DNA of 38,669 bases from a virus (IMGVR_UViG_3300046643_000107:1-38669), one strand, 5' to 3'. Counted from the first letter of the stretch, positions 26,330 through 35,309 are shown. The notes: generated from the letters alone by a model not told the origin. A program made the numbers and translations.

Positions 26330-26575
26330 TTATGCATCATTTGCCCCCTGAGAACTATCAGCCTGAGGAAGATTTAATTCTCTTAGCACTTCTTCTGGCA
26401 GCAGTTCTATTAATGTACATCTTCCTTTAGTAGCTAGGTGTATTTTATAAGCATTTTCTAAGGTTAAATTCTTTCCCTCTATGGCGTTTTTTATGGTGGT
26501 ATCAGAAACCTTTGCGCGTCTTGCAAGTTCAGCTATTGGCATCGCCGTATCACTAAAGAAATCCCTTAATTTCAT
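26330..26575 (-). CDS. Cro/XRE-like HTH regulator
   Basis: MKLRDFF...IAELARRAKVSDTTIKNAIEGK...A.KI..AT.G..T..EL. Confidence 0.8.
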   Translation of the reverse strand: MKLRDFFSDTAMPIAELARRAKVSDTTIKNAIEGKNLTLENAYKIHLATKGRCTLIELLPEEVLRELNLPQADSSQGANDA

Positions 26576-26679
26576 TTTATTTCACCTGTTTATCGTTTTT
26601 TGTTGTGGATTATCTAAACATATTGTATATTTGTCCCATAACACTACTTGGTTCCTAAATTTAAAACAAGGAAATTTAA

Positions 26680-26952
26680 ATGTATACTTCTCCATGCGAT
26701 AGCCAGTCATACCGCGATGAAATTGCACATGAGATGGCTATGGACAAATACTCAATGAAAGCTAGAAGCGCAATTAGCACTGTATGTGCTCCATACTTCG
26801 GAAAAGAGTTTGGCAAATTGCTAGCCTATGGCCTGAAAGATGGAATGGAAGAGGCAGAATCAATTTGTGAAGCATTAGGTGTAGGTGAACTTGAGATGGC
26901 GGCACTGATAGAAGATAAAGCCTGGTTCGATGAGGTTGCATATGACCTCTAG
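26680..26952 (+). CDS. Hypothetical early protein
   Basis: AAGGA RBS; divergent from the Cro-like gene. Confidence 0.6.
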   Translation: MYTSPCDSQSYRDEIAHEMAMDKYSMKARSAISTVCAPYFGKEFGKLLAYGLKDGMEEAESICEALGVGELEMAALIEDKAWFDEVAYDL

Positions 26953-27106
26953 AAAAATTGAGTGGCAACGCTTCATATGGAGAGATGTTACAGATACGTC
27001 GCAATCGCTGGATTGGTGGGACAGAATATTTTACTTCTGGGATAAAACATTTATAAAAAGAATAAGAATTCAAAGGGCTGCGAATAGTGCCCTTTCACAA
27101 ATATAG
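26942..27106 (+). CDS. Small Trp-rich hypothetical protein (54 aa)
   Basis: Hand-translated MTSRKIEWQRFIWRDVTDTSQSLDWWDRIFYFWDK...; GAGGT RBS. Confidence 0.45.
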   Translation: MTSRKIEWQRFIWRDVTDTSQSLDWWDRIFYFWDKTFIKRIRIQRAANSALSQI

Positions 27107-27114
27107 GAAATAAA

Positions 27115-27978
27115 ATGAGCTTAGCAACACAGGAACTTAATGATAATGGAGAGATCGCCAACTACTCTCGTGATGACATGCATTTACTTAGAGAAACCAT
27201 ATGCAAAGGGTGCACTCCCCAAGACTTTAAGTTATTCATGATGGTCTGCCAAAGAACGAATCTTGACCCATTTGCAAAACAAATTTATGCTGTACCGCGC
27301 TGGGATTCAAAACTTAATAGAAATAGCATGACGATACAAACTTCAATTGATGGATTTAGACTCGTTGCCGAGAGAACCGGCCGATATGCACCTGGTCGTG
27401 CAACTGAATATCAGTTCGAACAGGGCAAATTAATTTCCGCGACATCATTTACAAAAAAACAAACAGCAGATGGTACATGGCATGAAGTTTCTTACACGGC
27501 GTTCTTTGAAGAGTATTGCCAAAAAACAAAAGATGGAAGACCCACAAAGTTTTGGCACGATATGCCGAGAGTTATGCTTGCTAAAGTTGCTGAAGCTGCG
27601 TGCTTGCGTAAATGCTTTCCTATGGAATTATCGCAAATCTACACTAGAGAAGAAATGGAACAAGCAGAAGTAGTTGAGACAATCGACCATGAAGAAATCC
27701 GTAATAAGAAGACAGCGACAATTCATAAGATTGCTGAAATCCCCTTCGAACAAGCAGCCCCTATTCAAATAGAAAACAAGGTATCTCCCGATCAATTATT
27801 TGCACTAACTGATAGACATGCAGGGACAGATTCCACATACAAAGAGAATATATCTAAGTTTATATTAGAAAAATATGGTGTTAAAGAATTCGCCGATTTG
27901 CCAGAAAGAGCTTTTACGCCAATTATGACGTCAATGCAGCGGAATTTAGACTTTAACAAAGCAAAGGTAGCTCAATAA
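27115..27978 (+). CDS. bet: Phage recombination protein Bet (RecT/Red-beta family)
   Basis: LDPFAKQIYAV, TSIDGFRLVAERTG and MPRVMLAKVAEAACLRKCFP. Confidence 0.92.
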   Translation: MSLATQELNDNGEIANYSRDDMHLLRETICKGCTPQDFKLFMMVCQRTNLDPFAKQIYAVPRWDSKLNRNSMTIQTSIDGFRLVAERTGRYAPGRATEYQFEQGKLISATSFTKKQTADGTWHEVSYTAFFEEYCQKTKDGRPTKFWHDMPRVMLAKVAEAACLRKCFPMELSQIYTREEMEQAEVVETIDHEEIRNKKTATIHKIAEIPFEQAAPIQIENKVSPDQLFALTDRHAGTDSTYKENISKFILEKYGVKEFADLPERAFTPIMTSMQRNLDFNKAKVAQ

Positions 27979-28577
27979 TGCCCCGTTTGGACATAGAACA
28001 AGGAACACATAAGTGGCATTCCTATCGGGAATGTCACATCATGGCCACATCAGCCTCTATAATCATGGAACTTAATCCATTTAAAACAGAACTACAGTTG
28101 TGGGAAGAGATGATGGGATTTATTCCCAAGACTAAATCTAATGCGGCCATGGAAAGAGGTACAAGACTTGAGCCAGAGGCTCGTGAATTAGCAGAAAAAA
28201 TTATTGGAGTTAAATTTGACCCATGTGTTTACGAATCGGATAAATACAATTGGATGGCGGCCTCGTTAGATGGGCTTAGCGAATGTGGCGAGTATGTTTT
28301 AGAAATAAAATGCCCTAACGAAAAGACGCATGAAATGGCTATAAATGAAATGGTTCCTGAATATTATATGGCTCAAATGCAGCACCAGCTTTCCGTTACA
28401 AATGCAAAGTTGTGCTATTATTTTAGCTATAGACCCGAAAACCCACAAAAATACGCCATAGTTGAAATCAAACGACATGATGAATTTATTGAAAAAATGA
28501 TATTGAAAGAAGGCCAATTTTGGACACAATTGTGCACTATGCAGCCTCCAGAACAAATATGGAAATTTAAAAAATAG
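27978..28577 (+). CDS. YqaJ / lambda-exonuclease family protein
   Basis: QGT..W...R, AMERGTRLEPEAR, AASLDG, LEIKCP and YYMAQMQHQL. Confidence 0.92.
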   Translation: MPRLDIEQGTHKWHSYRECHIMATSASIIMELNPFKTELQLWEEMMGFIPKTKSNAAMERGTRLEPEARELAEKIIGVKFDPCVYESDKYNWMAASLDGLSECGEYVLEIKCPNEKTHEMAINEMVPEYYMAQMQHQLSVTNAKLCYYFSYRPENPQKYAIVEIKRHDEFIEKMILKEGQFWTQLCTMQPPEQIWKFKK

Positions 28578-28586
28578 GATAATCAA

Positions 28587-28964
28587 ATGTCATGTATATC
28601 TTGCTGGCCTTGGTGTAAATCCTCTCCATTGCCACCTGCTGTTCCTCCAAGCACGCCTGTAGTCCATTATATAGAAAGTAAATCGGTTGTTAGGTCACCC
28701 ACACCACCTCCAGATCCAGTTTCTTTGACCAGACATACTCGTGTGTTATCCACCATGTACATAAAAGACGGAAAAGCCGTGGTATCATATCGAGAGATTA
28801 CTGAAGACGAATTAAATAGAAAATTTGGAAGAGCTCCCGCCAAAACGGCTGAGGCATCAAAAGTAAGATTTAGAATAGATGTTGAAGAGCCAACATGTGT
28901 TTCTCCGCAGCCAAATGCTTCAACGCTTTCCTATCAGCCTTCTATGGCAGTACTGGGAGAGTAA
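28587..28964 (+). CDS. Pro/Ser-rich protein with Cys-rich N-terminus
   Basis: MSCISCWPWCKSSPLPPAVPPSTP...RSPTPPP; AGGA RBS. Confidence 0.65.
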   Translation: MSCISCWPWCKSSPLPPAVPPSTPVVHYIESKSVVRSPTPPPDPVSLTRHTRVLSTMYIKDGKAVVSYREITEDELNRKFGRAPAKTAEASKVRFRIDVEEPTCVSPQPNASTLSYQPSMAVLGE

Positions 28965-29100
28965 CAGACGCATCTACATTGGGAGATGCTGTCTGTTCTT
29001 CATCGATTAGATCATCTGCAGTGCCATGTGTACTGACATTTTGAAAACTTATCGTGCAGGAAGTTAGCAAAAACGATAGAACAATAGCTGTTGTTTTCAT
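28942..29100 (-). CDS. Small lipoprotein (52 aa)
   Basis: Hand-translated MKTTAIVLSFLLTSC-TISFQNVSTHGTADDLIDEEQTASPNVDASVTLPVLP; lipobox LTSC. Confidence 0.65.
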   Translation of the reverse strand: MKTTAIVLSFLLTSCTISFQNVSTHGTADDLIDEEQTASPNVDASVTLPVLP

Positions 29101-29234
29101 TAACAACCTTTCTTCATCGCTTTTTTTCCTGCTTTCACAAATTTGTCTCTAGTCTTATCCTTGGCCAATACTTTCTTTGTATCTTTTTCTATTTTCACAG
29201 CTTCTTTGCCAAGTTTTTTGTATGCTTTATCCAT
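29100..29234 (-). CDS. Small Lys-rich protein (44 aa)
   Basis: MDKAYKKLGKEAVKIEKDTKKVLAKDKTRDKFVKAGKKAMKKGC; TAATG-coupled on both sides. Confidence 0.6.
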   Translation of the reverse strand: MDKAYKKLGKEAVKIEKDTKKVLAKDKTRDKFVKAGKKAMKKGC

Positions 29235-29488
29235 TAACATTGCCTCATATTTTTAGATCTTTCTTTTTGTGCATCCAAAAGTAAATTAAATTCTTCTTCG
29301 TCTACAGTAATTCCATGGGAATTCGCTATCAAAATAATAGTCTCAAGAGGCATCCCAAGAGTATTAAATATTTTTAAAGCGTCATCGCCATTTAAAATTT
29401 CTTCTGCTTCGGCATCCCTAAGTATATTTAAAAGAAACCAATCTCCGGCTCGATTTAAATTATTTTTAGTGCGTTTAACATTATCCAT
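29234..29488 (-). CDS. Alanyl-tRNA synthetase helical-subdomain-like mini protein
   Basis: LNGDDALKIFNTLGMPLETIILIANSHGITVDEEEFNLLLDAQKERSK resembles the AlaRS segment (L.G..AFKLYDTYGFPL.LT...A...G..VD...F...M..Q+ER.+). Confidence 0.75.
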   Translation of the reverse strand: MDNVKRTKNNLNRAGDWFLLNILRDAEAEEILNGDDALKIFNTLGMPLETIILIANSHGITVDEEEFNLLLDAQKERSKNMRQC

Positions 29489-29658
29489 TATTTATTTCTT
29501 TTCTTGTTTTGGCCTGATTCCGATAGACTTATTGCAATAGCTTGTTTTCGATTTTTCACAACTGGACCTTTTTTTGATCCACTATGTAAATCTCCTTCTT
29601 TAAACTTATGCATTTCTGTTTTCACTATTTCTTTCTTGCTTTTACCTTTGAGCGGCAT
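29488..29658 (-). CDS. DUF6496-like small basic protein (56 aa)
   Basis: Hand-translated MPLKGKSKKEIVKTEMHKFKEGDLHSGSKKGPVVKNRKQAIAISLSESGQNKKRNK. Confidence 0.75.
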   Translation of the reverse strand: MPLKGKSKKEIVKTEMHKFKEGDLHSGSKKGPVVKNRKQAIAISLSESGQNKKRNK

Positions 29659-29684
29659 TACAGTATCTCCAAAAAAGGGGATTT

Positions 29685-29879
29685 ATGAAAAAATACATAC
29701 TATATTCAATACTCTGTTTTATGCCAGATATTCTCTTTTGTACAGAAGAAAAAATATTATTTGAAGGCGATATAATTTCGGCCATAGTTTGGACCAATCC
29801 TAATGGCGATTTCTGCCTAATCTTCGATTCAAATATCATAATAATCGACTCATGGCATTATGCCGAAATTGATGACTAA
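29685..29879 (+). CDS. Small protein with signal-peptide-like N-terminus
   Basis: AGGGGA RBS; MKKYILYSILCF...; counter-oriented insert. Confidence 0.5.
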   Translation: MKKYILYSILCFMPDILFCTEEKILFEGDIISAIVWTNPNGDFCLIFDSNIIIIDSWHYAEIDD

Positions 29880-30517
29880 GAAACTCTATAGATACTCATA
29901 ATGTTGTAAAAACCGTTAGCAACACCAGATACAGTATAATTTGTAGAGCCGGTAGTTTGCGCAAAAACAGAAACTTTTAACGTATCTCCAGCTACTAGAG
30001 GGAAAATACTTCCACCATTCACAGTGACTACACTTGGGTCAGATACGCTCATGCATGGTTGACCATGATATATAAATGTTCCATTATTCTTATTTAGAAA
30101 AATATCACAATTGATGAATGTAACAGTCGATTGAAAGAGACTAACCACGCTCACGAACCAATTCCCTGTAGAAGGTATTGTATATACGCCAGCACTATAT
30201 CCAGATGCTGTATCAACCATCACAGTATCATAAACTATATCTACTAAGGCGTTTTGCGTCATGGATTGCCCTGTAGTCATTGACACGCTTAATGTTGGAG
30301 CGCTTGCACCGCCAGAAGCAGAAAGATCTATGGTCCCAGCGCCCGCGGTTATTGTCACACTAGAATCTAAAGAAGTTAGATTGCCCGCTCTTATGTGAGG
30401 TGTTGCAGTAGACCCTATTAAAAGTTGTCCGTCAGTAGTAATCTGTCCTATAACGGGCTGAACGCCTCTGAAATCCACATTGTCAGCATATACCGTATTG
30501 TTATCAAAACCAGGCAT
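29876..30517 (-). CDS. C1q-like domain fibre / receptor-binding protein 2
   Basis: IVYDTVMVDTASGYSAGVYTIPSTGNWFVS...LVAGDTLKV C1q pattern; first 68 aa are 60/68 identical to the neighbour. Confidence 0.7.
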   Translation of the reverse strand: MPGFDNNTVYADNVDFRGVQPVIGQITTDGQLLIGSTATPHIRAGNLTSLDSSVTITAGAGTIDLSASGGASAPTLSVSMTTGQSMTQNALVDIVYDTVMVDTASGYSAGVYTIPSTGNWFVSVVSLFQSTVTFINCDIFLNKNNGTFIYHGQPCMSVSDPSVVTVNGGSIFPLVAGDTLKVSVFAQTTGSTNYTVSGVANGFYNIMSIYRVS

Positions 30518-30544
30518 AAACACCCCGAAAATTTTTTTATATAA

Positions 30545-31198
30545 TTAAGCTATTTGCCATGCGGAAAAAGAAGTTAATAAAGCGGACGCTGAAAAACTTC
30601 CATTAATTCCTACCGTCTTAGTGCCACCTTGAACGTTCAATATAATTTGCATTGTGTCTCCCGTAGAAAAAGGAATTGCAATTGTATTGAATAACTTTTG
30701 AGTACCTGTATAGGGGGCTATGGTATATTGTTCTTGATAATTAGGAGAGAATGCCGAACCAGAAAAGAAAATGAATACGCCCGTTTGATTAGAAAATCCA
30801 TTCAAAGCTAATCCATATGAAAACCCATAAAAGCCCGAAGTTATGCATGTCAAAACTCCCGTTGTAGCATTATAGGTAAACCCATTATTGGTTTGGACGG
30901 TATCAAAGACAACATTTACTTGGGTACTATCACCTGTATCATTCGTTGTGGAGGTTGTTCGGTATGCAAGGAATGTCGCTTTAGTTCCCCCTGATGAAGC
31001 AGATAAATCAATAGTGCCTGATCCTGGGGTGATCGTAATGCTAGAATCTAAGGAGGTTAATGTCCCTGCTTTGATATGAGGTGTTGCGGTTGAACCAATT
31101 AGTAATTGTCCATCTGTGGTAATTTGGGGTACGACTGGTTGTACTCCCCTAAAGTCCACATTGTCGGCATACATTGTGTTGTTGTCAAATCCCGGCAT
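30545..31198 (-). CDS. C1q-like domain fibre / receptor-binding protein 1
   Basis: ATFLAY...VVFDTVQTNNGFTYNATTGVLTCITSGFYGFSY...GDTMQI...TSFSAWQI. Confidence 0.75.
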   Translation of the reverse strand: MPGFDNNTMYADNVDFRGVQPVVPQITTDGQLLIGSTATPHIKAGTLTSLDSSITITPGSGTIDLSASSGGTKATFLAYRTTSTTNDTGDSTQVNVVFDTVQTNNGFTYNATTGVLTCITSGFYGFSYGLALNGFSNQTGVFIFFSGSAFSPNYQEQYTIAPYTGTQKLFNTIAIPFSTGDTMQIILNVQGGTKTVGINGSFSASALLTSFSAWQIA

Positions 31199-31752
31199 TA
31201 TGTTACCTGCGTAAATCTTAGCTGTGAAGCCCAGTTTATGGTACTAGCCGCTAGTCCTGTGACTGTTATAGTAACAGTATTGCCAGTAACTCCAAATACC
31301 ACTAGACAGCCAGACATAACGCCCTCTTCTATCGTAGTTATGTCCGCGGTATTTAATGATGATGCAGCGGCTCCTGTAGTCCTTGCTCCTGCGATTACCA
31401 AATAAATAGCTCCTAGAGAAGCTGTGCTATTATAAGCTGATATTTTGTACTCATAATTTTGCACTGCGGGAACCACTGGCATCGTGAATGATGATAGTAG
31501 TGTCGGAGTGGCATTCGTAGTAGTTATTGCGTCATTTTGAGTATTAGTCAATTGAACTGTCAGTGTATTGCCGCCTGAGTTTCCATCCGTTCTAATGCCC
31601 TGGAGGTCATTTACATTAGAAACACCGCCAGGAACGTTTAATACGTTTAATGCGGGGATGGCTGGAGAATTAACATCAGTTACATATGATGTTGCTACAT
31701 TTGCAGGTAAAGGACCACTTCCACCGGAACCATTCTTGCTTATTTGACTCAT
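31198..31752 (-). CDS. Virion structural protein
   Basis: T/G/N-rich beta-type protein in the late operon. Confidence 0.55.
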   Translation of the reverse strand: MSQISKNGSGGSGPLPANVATSYVTDVNSPAIPALNVLNVPGGVSNVNDLQGIRTDGNSGGNTLTVQLTNTQNDAITTTNATPTLLSSFTMPVVPAVQNYEYKISAYNSTASLGAIYLVIAGARTTGAAASSLNTADITTIEEGVMSGCLVVFGVTGNTVTITVTGLAASTINWASQLRFTQVT

Positions 31753-31767
31753 ATTTTACCTTAATTC

Positions 31768-32079
31768 CTATTGCTTGACGTATGTATAAGCAACTGAAAA
31801 ATCTCCTGAAGCGCCCACTCCATAAAAACTAGTGCCTTTAGGAAAAGTCCATAAGTCATCATCTAAAACTAAAGCAGAACCGGCTGCAAAAGTTTTCCAT
31901 GAAATTAAAGTTGTTCCTCCGTCAAAAGATAGAGAGATTACAACTGAAACAGTACCTAAATTATCTAAAATTAATTTTAGGGGCGTCTGTAATAGTGTTC
32001 CTATTAAAACACTACTTCCCGTCATCGTAGCCTTAAGCTCAGTCGCAGGAAGCATTAATTGTGGGATTCCTAATGACAT
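31768..32079 (-). CDS. Virion structural protein
   Basis: 103-aa beta-type protein; GAGG RBS. Confidence 0.55.
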   Translation of the reverse strand: MSLGIPQLMLPATELKATMTGSSVLIGTLLQTPLKLILDNLGTVSVVISLSFDGGTTLISWKTFAAGSALVLDDDLWTFPKGTSFYGVGASGDFSVAYTYVKQ

Positions 32080-32090
32080 ATATGCCTCAA

Positions 32091-32762
32091 TTAGTTAATG
32101 ATTACCCAGCCAATTGTAGAAGTATCTGTGCCATCAGAAGATGTGATGGTAAAGCTTGTTCCTGCAGTTCTTGCAGTCACCCCTAGAGGAAATGGAGCAG
32201 CTACCGTTCCGAGAACTTGATTAGTAAGTAAAACGATAGATGTAGCTGTGATTGCTGTTGTTGCAACGACTGCGGATCCTGCTGTTAAAGAAACTCTTCC
32301 AAATGAGTTAGCGCCAGCTGCGGTAGTAGTTGCAGCAGGTGCGCTTATTTTATTTCCTGCAGTGCCAAAAACAAGGTTCCCATTAGTGGCTGTGATATTG
32401 CCTAATGTTGCAGTTAGTGATGTTGTAGTAGTTAATGACCCAGGAGTAGTAATAGCTGTAGGGAGAGAAACGGTCGATGTACCAGCAACTGTATTTACAG
32501 TTACTTGGTTAGTTGTACCAGCAACAGCTACCACACTACCAGATCCCGAGCTAATTAATTCCCATTGAGGAACACCCAACACAAAACCCGCTAGGAAATA
32601 TAGGTTACCGGTTCCTGTTGGCTCAGGATTCAACCAAAAAGTTCCTGGTTGTTGTTGGTTTTGTGAAACAGTTGGAGCTGTATTTGCAACAACGATAACC
32701 GCTGGAACACCGCCGCCTGGAATATCACCATAAGTAAAAGGACAAGGAATAAGTGGATTCAT
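32091..32762 (-). CDS. Thr-rich virion fibre/structural protein
   Basis: Likely start ATG 32762 (GAGGT RBS); C-terminal TAGTSFTITSSDGTDTSTIGWVIIN is typical of phage fibre proteins. Confidence 0.6.
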   Translation of the reverse strand: MNPLIPCPFTYGDIPGGGVPAVIVVANTAPTVSQNQQQPGTFWLNPEPTGTGNLYFLAGFVLGVPQWELISSGSGSVVAVAGTTNQVTVNTVAGTSTVSLPTAITTPGSLTTTTSLTATLGNITATNGNLVFGTAGNKISAPAATTTAAGANSFGRVSLTAGSAVVATTAITATSIVLLTNQVLGTVAAPFPLGVTARTAGTSFTITSSDGTDTSTIGWVIIN

Positions 32763-32843
32763 AAATACCTCTTGTTGATTTGAACTCAACATGACATATT
32801 AAGATTAAAATTTGAATTCTCACGTTTATGTAAGGTTATGCTA

Positions 32844-33069
32844 TATGATGCACTCTGAGTTCTTGACTATTAAGGAAACGGCGATTATCTTTTCGGTCCA
32901 TCATACGACTATTCGTAGGGCGATTAAGAAGGGATTTTTGATTGCAATTAGGGTTGGTAATGGCCCTAGAAGTCCATATAGGATATCTAGAAAAGAAATT
33001 GATGCTATACATCACTCAGTAATCAATGAATTAGCTACAAAATCGAGAGAACATGGCAAAAAGACTTAA
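32844..33069 (+). CDS. Excisionase-like HTH_17 DNA-binding protein
   Basis: EFLTIKETAIIFSVHHTTIRRAIKKGFLIAIRVG...YRISRKEI; ATG start near 32845, coordinate approximate. Confidence 0.8.
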
Positions 33070-33574
33070 AAAGTTTACAAAAATCACCGATGAAGATCTT
33101 CAAATTGATTCTAATCCAATGGAAGTTATTACTGAATTACCTGACGAAAACTCAGAACTAGATAAAGAATTAAAAAAACCTGAAGACCGAACATGGATAT
33201 CTCTAGGAAACAGAATGTTTCATATAGAAGATGTCCAATCTATGTACATTCAAGCCAATCATTTAATCATAAATTTTGATTACACCGACAAGCAAGTTGT
33301 GATTCATTTTGGGCGAGATGAAAAAGGTACAGAAAATGCAAAAATTGTTTTTGAGTCCCTAAGAGAAATGTATGGTGCCTATAAGGTTAATTTACCTGAA
33401 GGCGCAAATCTGTATCCAGACCTTATGGAAACTGCTTATGGTGATCAGGTAAGAAGAGAAATCCAATCTAGAGTGCATTTTGAAACAAATAGGTATAAAG
33501 AGCGGCATAAGAATAAGCTAAGAAAACTGACCGATGAATTGACCAATCTTAAAAAGAAAATGATGGATAAGTAA
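33053..33574 (+). CDS. Hypothetical protein
   Basis: 173 aa with a C-terminal coiled coil. Confidence 0.6.
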   Translation: MAKRLKKFTKITDEDLQIDSNPMEVITELPDENSELDKELKKPEDRTWISLGNRMFHIEDVQSMYIQANHLIINFDYTDKQVVIHFGRDEKGTENAKIVFESLREMYGAYKVNLPEGANLYPDLMETAYGDQVRREIQSRVHFETNRYKERHKNKLRKLTDELTNLKKKMMDK

Positions 33575-33580
33575 TAATAA

Positions 33581-33805
33581 ATGGATAATCGGGAAACCAG
33601 ACTTCGTTGGGCATTAAGATATGTTATGTCTCACCCAGATTTTTCCCCATCTGTTTTATCTGAAGAATGGAAAATTAATCAAGAATTTGCTATTGAAATT
33701 TGTGCCCATACTCTCGCAGAAAGTGTGATTTCTCTTGGGTGTTTGCAAGAAGGAAAATTCGAGGAACTAGAAAATAAAATATTTGAAAAGATAAAATCCT
33801 TATGA
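33581..33805 (+). CDS. Hypothetical protein
   Basis: 74-aa ORF continuing the plus-strand operon. Confidence 0.55.
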   Translation: MDNRETRLRWALRYVMSHPDFSPSVLSEEWKINQEFAIEICAHTLAESVISLGCLQEGKFEELENKIFEKIKSL

Positions 33806-33884
33806 TTTTTTCTTTTTCTTTAGTTTGATAGTCTTTTGAATCTTTTGATGCATGAATTCTAAAAGTTTTGCTCGATCTGCATCT

Positions 33885-35309
33885 TTACTTTCTTTTTTGA
33901 CCACGTGTGAACCCCTTAAATAGATCGATTCCTGTTTTTAATTTACGCTCTTTTACTTTTCCTTCTCTAACCATCTTCTTTATTAACTTATAGAAGTCGG
34001 CTCCTGCAGAACCTTCAACCCCTTTTTCCCAAATAGTGCCCCGTAATTTACTTTCACCTGAAGATACAGGAATTCCTGTCATGGAATTAATCTTCTCGAA
34101 TATTTCTTCTGGAATCGGACCATAAACCCATTGCTCACCACTTGGAAAACGTACTTGTAGTTCTTGAGTTTGTGGATCATATAGTGAAACATCAATTACA
34201 GAAGACTTATGGGATTCAGGAATTCGGGATAAGTAATCTTGCACAGCAGAATCTAAGTCAAGGCTTTTAATTTCCTCTGGCTCCGGCTCTAAATCTTGCT
34301 CATCAATCTTATGAATCTTTCCATTCACATCGACTATAGCTTTCCCATTTCGTATTTCTCTTACCTCGCCAATGCCTTGTGGAGTTGAAACGGTTGAGGA
34401 TTTTTCTATTTTAGGCCTTTCAGCTTCCGGTTTCCCCTGATCCAATTCTTTGCTTGAGGATTCCAGATTTTGATGTTCTTGTGATTCATCCGGTACGTTT
34501 TTGGCATATTGTTCTATTACTTTTTCTAGCGATTGTCCAGTTTCCTTTTCGATTGCCTTAGCAATCTTAGGTCTAAATTTTCTAAGAAATCCAGAGATAG
34601 ATTCTGGGGGATGATTTGCCTTTAGCATTCCAGAGACATCACCATTAGTATCATGCTTACTTAAAATTTCACCTACGTTTATACCTTTTACTTCAGGTTG
34701 CACAGACTGAGGCAGTTGTGCTATATTTGGTGTAACTTGGTTAACTGGAGGTTGTTGTGGTGATTGTACAGATTGTTGCGATGTTTGTGGTCCCTGCCCT
34801 AATGGTTGGTTTTGTATTGGGTTATTTCCTTGGCCCAAAACTTGGACACCGGGCGAAGTAGGTCCTGGGGACATTGGTTGATTTGGCGTCATCCCTTGTG
34901 CCGCACTGACAGCACCTGGTATTGCGCCACGTCCAAATATCTGTGGAGCAGCTCTTGCCAATGTTGCGCCTAAAGCTGGAGCTGCGGCATAACCTGCGAT
35001 AGCAGCAGGAGCCGCCATTGCGGCAGATTTTATAATATTTCCGATATTTTTCTCTGATTTAGGCTGACGGTATAATATGCCCCTTGCTTTCTCCTCCTCT
35101 GTCATTCCTTGTAGCATTTGATTGCGCTGACTATATGACTGAGATTTTCCTTTTTCTAAATATTCGCCAATCTGATCTTCATTGTAGCCTTGCTTCATCG
35201 CTTCTTTTATTGCTTTAGATAAAGGCGTATTCATTAATAGAATGGACTTTATGACCTTAGAAATCGTATGCCCTTGGGCAAGAGCTTGAGCAACTGTTGC
35301 AAGCGTCAT
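33885..35309 (-). CDS. Putative ejection / internal virion protein with C-terminal KTSC-like domain
   Basis: Ala-rich hydrophobic segment, Q/P linker, and SSVIDVSLYDPQTQELQVRFPSGEQWVYGPIPEEIFEKI matching the KTSC pattern. Confidence 0.6.
   Translation of the reverse strand: MTLATVAQALAQGHTISKVIKSILLMNTPLSKAIKEAMKQGYNEDQIGEYLEKGKSQSYSQRNQMLQGMTEEEKARGILYRQPKSEKNIGNIIKSAAMAAPAAIAGYAAAPALGATLARAAPQIFGRGAIPGAVSAAQGMTPNQPMSPGPTSPGVQVLGQGNNPIQNQPLGQGPQTSQQSVQSPQQPPVNQVTPNIAQLPQSVQPEVKGINVGEILSKHDTNGDVSGMLKANHPPESISGFLRKFRPKIAKAIEKETGQSLEKVIEQYAKNVPDESQEHQNLESSSKELDQGKPEAERPKIEKSSTVSTPQGIGEVREIRNGKAIVDVNGKIHKIDEQDLEPEPEEIKSLDLDSAVQDYLSRIPESHKSSVIDVSLYDPQTQELQVRFPSGEQWVYGPIPEEIFEKINSMTGIPVSSGESKLRGTIWEKGVEGSAGADFYKLIKKMVREGKVKERKLKTGIDLFKGFTRGQKRK

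Noticed and set aside
28963-28997. Hairpin as a separate ncRNA
   Set aside because: It sits at the junction of convergent operons and overlaps the lipoprotein ORF; a terminator is the simpler explanation.
29876-31198. Diversity-generating retroelement or invertible fibre cassette
   Set aside because: No reverse transcriptase or invertase; the copies are in direct orientation and differences are not adenine-specific.
32844-33069. Excisionase as evidence of integration
   Set aside because: No integrase or att site was recognised, and HTH_17 proteins are often plain regulators.
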